Source: Patella caerulea (Eukaryota). From it: a stretch of DNA of 64,000 nucleotides. A model generated the notes under the pieces. The model had not been told where the DNA came from. It did no database searches and saw nothing but the letters and a program-made list of their open reading frames with translations. Position 1 is the first letter of the stretch, and the number at the start of each line of letters is the position of its first letter. Made by a program: the position numbers and the translations under genes. Location of the stretch: assembly GCA_036850965.1 (NCBI GenBank), contig JAZGQO010000014.1, forward strand, positions 6,662,208-6,726,207, written 5' to 3'. This document shows positions 1-12,800 of this stretch, piece by piece.

Positions 1-258
1 ATCGCCATGGGTTGATGGTCGAGTGGTTAGCTCGTGCGCGTTGCATCATATGGTCTGTCATTGGGACAACTGACATGGTTTCGATTTCCTGGTTGTAAGG
101 AACACCTGTCCTACATCTCTGGTTTTATCTGGGCCGGTTTCTTCCCACCCGCAAGTGAATTATTGAAATAAAATATAATAATATGTTAGACCCGAAATGA
201 CCCAGTTTGTATCAAATGGAGGTTACCCCCCCCCCCACCCCACCCCCACCCCCCGACC
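1..258 (+). mobile_element. tRNA-derived SINE (family A). The copy is truncated by the window start and ends in a poly-C/CCCCA microsatellite tail at 222-258.
   Basis: It shares the core ...CGCAAGTGAATTATTGAAATAAAAT..ATATGTTAGaCCCgAAATGACCcAGTTTGT... with the copies at 40978-41269, 52845-53100 and 59497-59786(-). The 5' part at 1-120 is tRNA-like. Confidence 0.6.
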
Positions 259-1309
259 CTTAAATCTCATTTCTTGATCAGACGTTGAATACTTGACGCG
301 TTATATATATAGGTTGGAGTGCGTCATCTCCTAGCTAAGTAAAAGGATTTTGGTGCATCTAAAAATTATTAAACTATATTTTGTTTTTTGAGGAATTTAA
401 TTACATTGGTAAATCGTTGATCAAATCGTGCGTGACCCACCTGTTACAAAACGTTCCATAAAATAATAGATATAGCCAAACAATGATTTAAGTTGATATT
501 GGTAGAAGTTACTCAGTAATAAAACCTGTTATAATCTAAGCGTTTTCTCTCATAAATTATTTGAATTCATTCGTTGATCGGTCTACATGGACGTATAGAT
601 AGGGATTCGAATTGACGCGATGATGAATAGTCCACAAAAGCCGTGAAAGGATGAATAATGTAATATTTATATTGTTTTATTCAGCGAACTTGTTCTTATA
701 AGGTAATAATCATTTTCTATATCAGTACATATATAAATTGGCGGTATATACCGCCCCAGGTAATCACGTGACCACTCTCACCAAGACACGTACGTCAATG
801 TAAGTTTACACCGACAGCCGTTGATAACGGTAAATAGTCAATGACATATTTGAGGCCTACTACTGTATTGTTTTACCGCCATGAAATAACTTCTTCTATG
901 AGGTAGGTTTATGTTTATCAATTCGTTACATCTATAAGATACCCGTTCCGCTGTAGTGTATTCAATACCCAATGGATAATTAGTCAAAGATCAGCAATTC
1001 ACATTGACAGTGACATAGAGAAAGTATATTCTCGATCACTACAACAGTACATGTATGTATATAGACTATGAATGTATTTCTCTATTATACAATATGACCA
1101 CAATGTATATTGATGGGAAGGTTTATATAACTCGTTCAAGTCACGTATGACATAGGTATTTTATGCTCCTCAAAAATTAAAATATGCCCTATATTTACTT
1201 ATACTGAATATAGTCATCGCCAATTTGGTTCAGAAGAGTCAGTGTTTTCTGTTCACCCAAGAAAATTATTACATTAAAGAGGGGTGTGGATTGAGTCTGG
1301 AAGGCATCA

Positions 1310-1385
1310 ATTTTGACTCCAGATATCAGTTTATACTTTTAAAATTAAATTTTGACCTCAAATATCAATTTATACTTTTTAAATG
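1310..1385. repeat. Tandem duplication of a ~38-bp unit, 2 copies (TTTTGACyCmrATATCArTTTATACTTTTwAAA).
   Basis: Direct read of two adjacent near-identical units. Confidence 0.5.
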
Positions 1386-3772
1386 ACACATTTAATACAT
1401 TTCTTCCAGTGTCAATGTCCGCCATCGACGATGTTCAAAGGCATTCGCATTGAACCAATATTCAGGAATTGAAAGGTATTCTTTCTGTGACCCCCTTTAC
1501 CGTTAGTCAGTCGTTTGTATTTTTCTTTTGAAAGAGAAATTTCAAGATGTTATTGTACTGCTTGAGACCATGCTAAGATAGCAATAGCCATTTAGCTTTA
1601 AGTATATTTATGAGATCTGTAATCTTTAAAGCGACTCTAGGTAGAGTTGTAACATGGACTGAATCACGATCACTAAACGTTATATATCAGCTATCGTCAA
1701 AATAGGTCAAAAAACATCAAAGTAAAGTAAAACAAATAGGCATTTTTTTCAACAAAAAAAATTAAGAACTATAGTACCCTAAATTAATAACCAACAAAAA
1801 TGACAACTGTAAAATATTAATGAATGGACACACATATACATATCGGCTTAACAAATCACAATTTTATCACATGAATGCCTACATTTTTTGTGAATTGTTT
1901 TGTCTATAATACGTAAATAAACGAAATTTTATCACATGAGTCATCTGCATTCGCAAGATTATTACATGTTATTTCTTTATTATATTTTATCAGCTATTCA
2001 TGATAATATTCCATAAATGATCAGTGATTTATATTTTACTTACGTCACTCCAAAACACCTTATACAAACAACATAACACAAGACATTCAAATCTGAGCAG
2101 TCACACGGCAGCACAATATATCGAGGTCATATACTGTGTAACGTACCTTTTGATATATGAACAAAGGAAACCCACAGTGAATTGTGCATAAAATCATAAA
2201 TTATAGCCTATAGTACGCATTAAGACCTATATGGAACTTTTATTGGCTAGACCACACTGCACCCATTTCGATGAACGTCTATATTGTATATTTTGTGATC
2301 GGTGATATTCAGTACCTTATCGGTACTTGACTTTTCAATCTGATTAAAATACATATCTATATTTCGTTTTTATACTTCCGAACTTCTACTAAATGAAGAT
2401 CTGACTGACTAGTTGTTTTCGGGGGTCGCGTCAGAGGTCACACCAGAGGCTTTTGACCCTTTGACGTCAGACATTTGATTAACCAAGTGATTAACCAAGC
2501 AGCATTGGTGTTTCTAGTGGATTACCCACAGTTCCATGTACGTCACAACAAAAGCTCGCCTGGGCAGACCGTTTCATTGGCTAATCCCTTACATTTTCCA
2601 CAACACATGATGGAATCCCTTACATCTTCCATATCCTTGGGCACGTAAAACGAAATTTTGAACCATAAAAAACGAAACGAAATAGGTTCTGTGTTTTAAT
2701 CAGTGCACTTTTTTAAAGTTATCTTATAATATTATTCGTAGGTGTATTTAGGTTCCAGACCAAATCCTTCGATTTCCCGAAAGGTGCGCATAGTCGGGCA
2801 GAATCAGCAGATCTCACAATGCACGGTCGGTTTTTGATGACGTATAAGAGTTTGGGCTTGGAAATAGAAATTTTCTTACCCAAAGCTGTCTTGTAGGGAA
2901 TGTTTGAAATAGCCATCTCTGAAAGTTATCATGAACTATTCATTATTCCACTGTGTCCAGTGGAGTGTTTGTTTGATGGAGTCGGTAATTCTTGTTTTAT
3001 TGATTGGATAGATGGTAGAAGTCTTATAGATAATAACCCCCATTTTGACACACGTAAAATAATAGTGTGATGAATATTATTGCTTGAATCAGTCATTTGC
3101 GAGAGTTCATTTCTTCCAATATTCAGGGATAAGTATATAAAAAATGTGCTAAAACAGTTTCGAGATTATAGTAATAATATTGCATCAGATTGTAAAATAC
3201 TGTCGTTTTCTTTCAAATATCAAGATTTCACAAAAGTTTTTTAAAAAATGTCCCATTTGGTGCTTTCCTCTTTGTTAGTGCAAGCAAATGCTTAGTTCAT
3301 TGATAAGTCAGGGCTGATTTACGCGACACATTTCGAAAAGGTTTTACAATACGGCTAGCTAGTTTGGTGAACACCCGATAGACACGTACATAATCTTATG
3401 GTCACTTAACATTTTCATAATAATAACTTTTCCACTTATAGTGTGATAATTTGTATAGATATGTAGATACTATAAACCACTCTATACTGTATAAAATATA
3501 CTTTTATTCTGATCAAAGACTACAATTAATACTTACTATTCATAGCTTGAAATATTCAGTGAACCATGTCTAAAAATTCGATTAGTTCATCAATCTTTAT
3601 ATCATGTATATGTATTGCAGATTATAAATTTGATATTTTCTTGAATAATTAATTGACATACAGTTTCGCCTCTGGGTAAAATGATATCGATTATGTCTAT
3701 GTGGAGAATTAAAAACGAAATAAAGATATCATATGGATATTTTTGATTTTTTATTTATGATTTATATAAATG

Positions 3773-4125
3773 AAATGAAATGGGGTTCAACGTCCTAGTC
3801 TTCTGCACCTAACCTGGGCTAATGGAAGACGGGCATACAGTGTGCTATGAGGGAAATTTTGGCCGGGCAGGACCGCTACGGACTACTCTTATATCGAATT
3901 CCAGCTGCCAAGGGATATTTTACGTGCACGCCAATGTGTACAGGGGATCTCGGTTTTTCGTCCCATCCGAACGACTAGGCAGCTGTCCTTTTCAGGCCCT
4001 CCGTTCTGCATCACTGACAAGGGGAAAAACCAATCAGGAAAATCGAGATGAACTTTCTCGGCCAATGCAGGGATCAAACACCCGACCTCCAGGCTAGCGA
4101 GCCGGTGCCTTACCCACTTAGTCAA
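3773..4125 (-). mobile_element. tRNA-derived SINE (family B), near full length.
   Basis: The reverse complement of the family-B tail (GACGTTgAACCCCATTTCATTTC) lies at 3773-3800. The reverse complement of the tRNA-like head (GGCTAGCCTGGAGGTCGGGTGTTTGATCCCTGC) lies at 4060-4125. It is collinear with 57552-57896 and 62166-62512. Confidence 0.6.
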
Positions 4126-5280
4126 ATTTATATAAGTATATGCTTTAGGTCGCGCATAAGACTTTGGAGGATTTGTCTTTGCCGGCGATTCCAGACACAG
4201 AGTAAGATAAGATTAAAATCGCGTTTTGTTGCGATTAAATTTATCATCATTTTCAATGCTCCATTTCTAAAGTTATAGATCACACTTGTGCCAATTTCAA
4301 CTCTAGATATTTTTATGCGACATTGTTGATATATAATCTGTTTAAAATCCTAGAAATGTAAAATATTTTCCTCGAGAGAAGTATGATCTTAATAGCTTAT
4401 TTTCTTCTTTGGATATTTACCAAGCTTTCAATCCCTATTTCTATTAAGGGCGGTCGTTAATGAATTAATTCGGTGAATGTGTCTGTAAGATGGGATTACC
4501 TCGATGACCAGCTCAATAGTCGTATCTATATGTCAACAACAGTGAGTTTGTTTTGTGGTCGTAAAGTTAATTTGAAGTGAACTTATGACATTCGGCTAGA
4601 ATAGAATGCAAACTACATGTATATCTATCAAAAAAACTACGTATTAAAAAAATCTTTTGACCTTTATTTAAACGGGTCCTTCTTCTAATCCACACATTCT
4701 TGTGGGGTTTTTCTCGGGCTGTTTTTTTTTTATCATTTGGTCGTTACAAAGGTTTGCCAAAAATACATAGTTTCTTTGACAGTCGACTCAGCAATTAAGT
4801 TAATTTCGAGAATTATCTAAGCCTGTGTTGAATTTTTCAAATCAAATGCTAAAATGCAAACGTTTATTACTTTCTATTAAAGTTTCGGCTGAGCTATTTC
4901 GGCTCCAGACAATCTTTTTTGGCTGATGTTTACGTGATGAAGGTGACTATAGACAAGGTCAACAGAGGACTATTTCAGCGGAAACTGTTGTCAAAGACCT
5001 TAGACAAAACGTTTTACACGCGCCTTACAAATTAGTCTTTTGCCCCACCCACCACCCCCTCCCGAAAAAAAGGCTGTCGACTATATAGTTCTAAAATACC
5101 TACTGTGTGTAATAGACAGCAGTCGGTGATCACCATGTGGAGTATTGATTTGGGGACGTGGCACCTAGGCACCCAGTCTCTCTTATGGGACGGGTGTCAG
5201 TTGGGATCCCTTCTAAAAAGGGAACTATATTGGTGATACTGTTTTAGATAAACCTTTTTGGGGGCATTGTATACAGTATA

Positions 5281-5360
5281 CATTACATATTATTGGTTAT
5301 TTTTGGATCTATCTGTGGTATATTACATATTATTGGTTATTTTCCGATCTATCTGTGGTA
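5281..5360. repeat. Tandem duplication, 40 bp x2 (ATTACATATTATTGGTTATTTTnnGATCTATCTGTGGTAT).
   Basis: Two adjacent near-identical 40-bp units read directly. Confidence 0.6.
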
Positions 5361-8300
5361 TAATTTGTACTGACTTACCACGGGCCTGCGAATAACAGTG
5401 TCAGTCGTGGTAACCTTGCAAAGTTAAACCTTTCGATTGCTGAAAAAATCTTTATCGCCCATTATATCAATTATTCATTTACTTTCTGTAAGTCTGGCTT
5501 GATTTAGGTCACATTCGATCATCAGGTATACTTGTAGCCACCGAGCCGACAGACAGGTGGGTTATATCCATTGTATATATCTTTACAAACAACACATTTC
5601 AATGTATTATTAATTGCATGGAAACGAAATGCGTGCACTTTAAGCCCCAATAACACTCTTGTTGTAACTTAATAATATGTCCCAATATTTATTCTGGTCA
5701 ACAAATTGTATTACTTTACAATATTCCAATTAATTGATGATATAAATTCATTTAAACACACCTAATTTAAAAAATTGGAAAAATTCAACTTATGGATTTG
5801 AAAAGTCTAACGTAAACCTTTTCAAATGAGACTTGGATTTTAAAATATTTTCGAACCCTCTGGAAAAGTAAAATAGGATGTAATGGATAATTTACACAAC
5901 AGGTAAGACACTAAAACATCTAGAACTTAGAATAAGGCTATTATTTTTTTTTCTGGAGCTACCAAGCCAGCAAGAGTGTTATTGTCCCTTTAAATCTAAA
6001 TTTCGATATTTTACAGTTGGAGAAATAATATAATTTCTCTAAAACGGGTATTTCCCTTTTGCTCGTTTTCTTTATCCACACAGAGCAATTACATAAAAAG
6101 TTTATTTTGTCTTGCCACCCTTACCACATTGGCAAATAATTTCGGTAACATCACCAAATGAAAAGAGCTAAATCTTTTAACTTAACATCTTCCATAATAT
6201 TCGACATTAGAAGCACGAATTAGAATTCTTTATTGGTCAGTATCAATAAATATTTATGTTGTTATCTTACCCTGAAAAAATAGGATCCTAATAATAGTTG
6301 GGTACAAGACCCAAAATCTGTGACCAATTTGCGGGGAAGTTGTTTTGAAGGTGGTTTCTATATGAAAAAAAAACTGCTGGAGCGATTAAGCTTGGGTGCC
6401 TCTCTCTAAAATGCTGGCGGAAGCCGCTAGAGGGCCAGATTCAAAATGGTGGTCAGATGTGGCGGGGAAATATAAAATTATGTAATATAGGTTTCTGGTG
6501 TGTCTATTCGTATGTTTTAAGGGTCTCTGAATCGAAATATTGTAATCAAAAATCCATCCAGCCACCAGTTTTGCCAAAATGGCTGGAAAATCCAAGATGG
6601 ACACCCTTTTTGGCCTGGAAAATAGTTCCGGAGTCGATGTCTTGAATTTTGATGAATTTGTGTCGATAGAATACTGATACATTCGTATTATATTAAAGCG
6701 GAATTAGATCATGCCTAAAGAAAGACCCTCAAAGGGCAAATTTAGTTCTTGCATAATGCTTAATGTAACATGAATGTAAAAGTAATTTATATCCAATTTT
6801 AAAAAAAACATTACTATAATTTCTTATCAATTATGTTCGGCGAAATACGTGAAAAGTTCAAAATCCGTAATCCGCGTTTTGATATGTATTTTTGTCGATG
6901 CCATTGCCAATGTGATATAAAATATTGAAACTAAAATATTGACTCTTGTAAGTTCTTTTCAATAGATCCAATTGATTGTAAGAGGTATATTATTATTAAT
7001 TGTTTAATATGGAAGTGATCTTGTTCGGTTCTACTCTTTGATGTATTGAGATTTACAGAATGAGATTTTAACAGAACAAACTACTCTCTGTTATGGAGTC
7101 AGCTATCAATATAAAAGGTGTGATATTTCTTGTTTGAAAAGCCAGTTATATACAACTGAGTGGATGTTTTAACCTGTAGATCTAAAGGGCGTATCACTAA
7201 TGTCCTACATTGAACAATTTAAACAGTGACCAATTCAATCGGGCATGAACCCCACAAAGCTCTTGTTTACTCTAGGTAACGTTTTCTATTCCTTTCACAA
7301 GACATTCGTTGGAAAAAAAAATAGTAATTCTTTCTGGAAGAGCCAACATTTTGAGTTAAAATTATCGCAGTCACTTTTATAAAATAGATCAAAGCACGAC
7401 GCTCTCTGTGACAATAACACCAATAACCGCCAATCTGGTCCGCTCGAGAACAAACGCTACATTTTGATTTCTACAGTCAAAAACACTACATATTATACTT
7501 TGGGGAATTATCTATTCTGCTGCTATTTTCATATTGAATGAAATTGAACATTTTTATTCAGTCTTTGTGTGTGGAAGATATGATACGGATTATAGGAGAG
7601 CATAAGAGAAAAGTACAATAATGTTTGGGCGTGGCGGGCATTCAGGGCAGAGATCTATTCTCAAAGTAGAGAAACCACAAGGTAGATAGTTCCCTGTGTG
7701 CAGAGTGCTCCTGGCGTTGATACAAGACCAATTATACTAAACTCTAATCCTATAATTTAAAAGACTCGGTCAATATATAGTACCCATAAAACTACCCCAG
7801 ACCTTATACTTGAAGAAAATATTGTAATACTATTATAATTACCGACATTTATTAGAGATACTACAAATCTACTTAAAGCTAAATGTCACTTGAGATAAGA
7901 ATAATGTCATTTATGAGTGTTTACCGTATAACATGACACCTGACCTGTGACATCTACTAGACCACTGGACAAGTTGGGTCACTATGAGGTGACATGACGT
8001 GGTGCCCAGTGCCCTCAGGCCGCTTACATTCTTCGGGTCGTACTCTTAATGTACCCAGACGAACTTGTATATATACAAAGAAAAGAAACATGTGACATAC
8101 ATATAAGCATGTAGACAAGACTAACTGTTATTTGTGATAAACACTACTCTCAACAAATAATGCACGGTTAATATTTACCGTTAAGAATATAACAAACAGC
8201 TTCTCATTGTTATACGATCACAGAACATACAAACACACGATTGTCCACGTTAGTATTAGTCATGTTGGGATAATCTAAGATTAAATATACCTACAGTTTT

Positions 8301-8476
8301 GATTTCAAATTTGCAAGTGTATGTTGTTCATATTGGTGATTAAGGTTTCGTTGTGGTTGTACAGAGGCCCGTGTTTTGATGCAATAAACTTCTTATTTTA
8401 TCTTACCTTACTGTCCGTCGCAAAGCACCGCCAGAAGGCGATTTTTCATGCCTGAACGCTATAGCATGTATGAACA

Positions 8477-8718
8477 GGCTCCGAGTTCACAAAGCATTCT
8501 CAGACTTAAGTTGAGAATTTGCTCAAAATTGTTCGCCTTATTTTAATTAAATCACAATCCTTTATAATAATTTTGTTGTTTTAATGTTTTAAGTACATCA
8601 ATAAGAAATTATGTGCTAAGTTTTGTGCTACTGGATCAAAGATATTTCTTTTAAACAGTGATTGAAAGTTGAGCAAATTCTCAACTTAAGTCTGAGAATG
8701 GTTTGTGAACTTAGGGCC
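8477..8718. mobile_element. MITE of ~242 bp with ~48-bp terminal inverted repeats.
   Basis: The left end is GGCTCCGAGTTCACAAAGCATTCTCAGACTTAAGTTGAGAATTTGCTCAA. The right end is its near-perfect reverse complement (...TTGAGCAAATTCTCAACTTAAGTCTGAGAATGGTTTGTGAACTTAGGGCC). The AT-rich interior has no ORF. Confidence 0.7.
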
Positions 8719-9721
8719 AGATTGTATAATTTCGCCGCGCTCAGCGTGTGTGGCTCCATGGTCAATATCATTATGGAATTTATAAACATTATCTCCCAAT
8801 CTCAGAATAAGTTTCTGTCCATTGTCATATTGGAAGAGAATTTTACAGGTCCGTTAATTAATTTCCAAATTCTCAATTAATTTCCAATATGCAGTTGACT
8901 GGACAGCAGGTTTTCTAGAAGGGATTAACCATATGTACTTCCAATTTTCAGAAGAAAATTTCTCTCAGACAACGCTCTACTGTCCAGTATCTGAAAAGAG
9001 AATTTGATAAAACATTCACACTTGAATTCTATTTGTACCCTTCGATATTATTAACTCACTACATTGACAAAAATATATATTTTGTGTAAACTTTGACGAC
9101 TAAGTCATCAAGATTTATTATATAGTGTAAATCTAGCTTATGTGTTGTTGACAGTATTGTCTGTCTTATCAAAGAACCAATCAATTTTTATTACCCTTAT
9201 CACCAAAAACGTCCAACATTTATCTAGTTGGCTATAGGTTTTACTTGTCAATCAATATCTATTTGATACTGTCATTGGCTGATATGTCAACAAGACTGAC
9301 GTCATACATATAAACCTGCTGTTTTATGTTCAAAAACTTCAAAATGGCGGACATAAAGAGAAAACAAAACCCAAACCAACCTAAAAGCGTAATTCGATTT
9401 GCATTAAACAGTCCACGTAAACTGTTTTTATTTCGCTACCCTTGTGTAATAACCGATAGATTTTATACGCCAAGAATTAAAGATTGTACAATCCACCTCT
9501 ATAATTTCATGTAATGTTAAATGCGATATATTTTAATTGCCTTGAACACAACTTTGCTTTTTTGTAACCAATGTATATTTGACGCACGAAGAATGGTTAT
9601 TGACGGAGATGACTGGATTTTTTTTGTGACATGGAGCAGATTATCAGTTTATGTGATAGTATTAAGCGGATTAAAACGAAACGAAATGTAACGTTCTACT
9701 TTTTGCTCCTATACTGGGTTA

Positions 9722-9840
9722 AAGATGACGGGCATACGTCATGCAATGGGTTACAGGGAAATTTTGCCCGCACAGCAGCGTTAACATCTAGTCTTTTACC
9801 GAGCCACAGCCGCTCATTGGTTTTGAAAAACAAACGGCTA
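9722..9840 (-). mobile_element. Fragment related to the family-B SINE interior.
   Basis: GACGGGCATAC...GGGAAATTTTGCCC matches 3825-3868 of the copy at 3773-4125. Confidence 0.3.
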
Positions 9841-12800
9841 TAGTTGAATATTTCAAAAATCGAAACTAACTATACGGCACAAGCCTGTTCATGTACACGA
9901 GTATTCCAAGATATTATTAAAAGTCTCAACATAAATCTCAAAATGTAAACCTTAATTTTGTCATTTTGTGGATTACATTCATATTAAACTAATCTTTACA
10001 GGGACGGATCCTGGAATTTTTGCAGGAGGGGGTTTGCCAGGTTTTTGTCATGGAAATCTGCCATCATCGTCTCTAAATTACATAGGCAATAGGCATACAT
10101 ACAAATTGAGCTTTTTAAACAGAGAAATCATTTTTATACTGATGTGGGATCACTTTGTGATGTAATTTTATTGATGCGAGGCATTAATTTTTTTACGTAG
10201 CTGAGCATGGGGGTGGGTGGACCCCACCCACTCTGGATCCACCCCTGCTTTATTAGGGCAAATAACGTAGAGTAAATGTCGCCTAGGACTACAGGTGCTT
10301 AAATATATCATACACTAAATATAAATTACAAATTATAATTTCCGCGCAAGCTCTCAAAATATCACACCATTTGTTTGAATTAAATATAGTTTTAGGTCTG
10401 TCAAATTTTATTGCAATGTTTACTTATTTTACTGTTTGAAGTCTATTATCCATGAGTTGATATATGCTAGTTCACGTGTATTATACCCCACATGAATATG
10501 TATCAAATACACCTTGTCATTCCGCTCCAGTTAAATTTAATGACAAGTTTGTTAGACGATGTATTTTTCTTTGTTCATTGTAAAAGGTCGCGCGAAGACC
10601 AGTTAACAAGGGGTTGGTTACATATTGTTCAGTGTACATCGCATATTCTTTGTTATATTATTTAATATATACCTGTAGTATGTGTAATGTCCTTCTATAG
10701 TATACAGCAGCAACAATATACATGTATAACAATAATAGGCTAAAGGTGTAACATTTAAGGTAAGTAGTGTTTTAACACCTACTAACACAACACCTTCATA
10801 ATAATTTGTTACCCTCCATGTTTAAAACCCTTTGATGTGGTGTTTCACAGCGAAGCTAAATGTTGACCTTGCGCATCATCACATTTTTTTCTGGGTTTTA
10901 GTTTCCTTATCGAAGTCTTTGCCTCTATTAAAAAAAAACAAAACAAGAAAACTCTTCTTCAAATTCTGGTAAATGATTTGTGAATACGCCAGTTTCAATT
11001 TTCATTAAATTAATTGTTTGTCTTTACAAAATTGGACTGTGTTTCACAATAATTAATTCAGAAGACATCCCCGAATAAACGGCAAAGATCTTGTACAATC
11101 AAATTTAATGTTACTAAAATCGATCAAACCTATTAATCCTACCGGAAGTTATTTATCATTTCAATTCTATCTGTAGTTAATTATTGTAACGCAGTCAAAC
11201 CATATACATGAAATTTATAATTTGCAACGGCACAACGAAATTGTTCATAGCCAGTTGGGTTGAACTATTATCGATATGGTGATGTAACTTTTAAACAATC
11301 CAGGGGAATTAAGTTCCACTTGGTGTGAGAAATATAATACAATAATATTGACACGCAGTTAACTTTGTATTGTCTCATTTAAGCCTCGTCCATAATAAGA
11401 TGCTAACATATTTGAAACGTTTATAAGCGGTTTAACGTACTTTGTTATTTGACCTTCGGCAAATGTTATGGGTGATTGGTCAATCACTTCACACCATGTT
11501 CTTGTAGTGTTCACTTTCTCTTTACGTGATTTGAAGGATTTGCGAACTAAAGTGTTTATCCCACCAGAACAACTTCCACGGACGAAATAAACGCGAATCT
11601 TGCCCACTAAACCGAATACGTTTTAGAAACCACAGATACCAAAATTTCGTGTAGTTTCATTTTCCGAAAATCAAGAGAATAATGTAAAGCTTTTGTAGAA
11701 CTTTTGCTCTTTAAATTACATCCACCGTACCGGACAGACGGATAAAGTAAAAAATATTATGTCATCTGGTTTAAATCTAATACATCACCAAATATATTTT
11801 TCTGTTAATTGAATGCCACGAATATACTGAATTTCGGCAGGAGCCACTTTACTTGGTGCGACATATTTCGGGCATCAATTATTATTTTTGAATGCAGCTG
11901 CAACTGTCTGCAGTTGCTTTAACTCACGAGCATGAATAGCACAAAAACGCATTTGCGCAAGTTAAAGAGCTAATCCCGATAATTTTTTGAAGAATATAAC
12001 TGCTTAATTTTGTGTTAAAATCCCTTAAAATCTCCTACCAAAGGGCCGAGCAGATAACTCGGTATTTGTGATCCGTTTTCAAACAACTTAAACACGTCAG
12101 TCTTCTTCTGAAAATTGAGACCGGTGCCCCAAGCTGTATAACGCGGTGTCTACATTTTTAAATAAAAATAATGTGTAGTTGAAATATACCTTTCGCTATC
12201 AAGTATAGCACATGGGCCATTCACTATATAGACCTCTCAAGGAACGAGAATCGATTATTAGGTCACCAACGAAAAAATTAACCCGAAATCTTGAAAAGGT
12301 TACGTGTCCAGATAAGCAATCTTGACGTTCACGTCCAAACGACTCAATATTTTGAGCTGAAATTTGGAGACAAGGCCACTTCACCATTCTCCTACATTTT
12401 GGCGTTTAAATTACATATGTACTCGGTCTTTTATTTTTGAGACTCTTTTCAAATCGGGACTGTCCCTTTAAATTTTAAAAATTTTCTTCGAGAGGGCGAG
12501 ACCCCCATACCCCGCGACGGTAAGCTCTCATTGGAGACCGGCGCCGCCGTCTGTATTCCGAAATGTTATCGGGCATTTCGGGTTCTGTCCACTAACTGCC
12601 ATCGGGTCTGTACGCCTATTGAATCAGGATATTATGGTCAATCTAGGATTTTAATCATTTGGCTAGTGGCTTTGTTGGTAGACAGCATGGTTACCATCTA
12701 CCAACGAGCCCTGGCTTCTATTCTAGAACCTATGACCAAACCTAAAGTGTTATGCGTAATGTTGTGTGATTGATTACGATAAGATCTGAACATTTCTGGC

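Noticed and set aside
1-110. tRNA-like segments at several sites (heads at 1-110, 40978-41080, 57552-57610, 62166-62240 and 4060-4125 on the minus strand).
   Set aside because: They have imperfect cloverleaf elements and are each followed by the shared SINE core and tail. They are SINE heads, not tRNA genes.
6386-6682. Overlapping 98-aa (-) and 62-aa (+) ORFs in a moderately GC-rich patch.
   Set aside because: No recognisable protein features and no splice-site support. It is more likely another low-copy repeat (AAAATGGyGG motifs) than coding.
12480-12780. GC-rich island with an 80-aa ORF and a 9-bp stem hairpin (GTTGGTAGA...TCTACCAAC).
   Set aside because: There is no similarity or splice context to support a gene. 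It is possibly a CpG-rich repeat fragment, which is insufficient evidence to call a feature.
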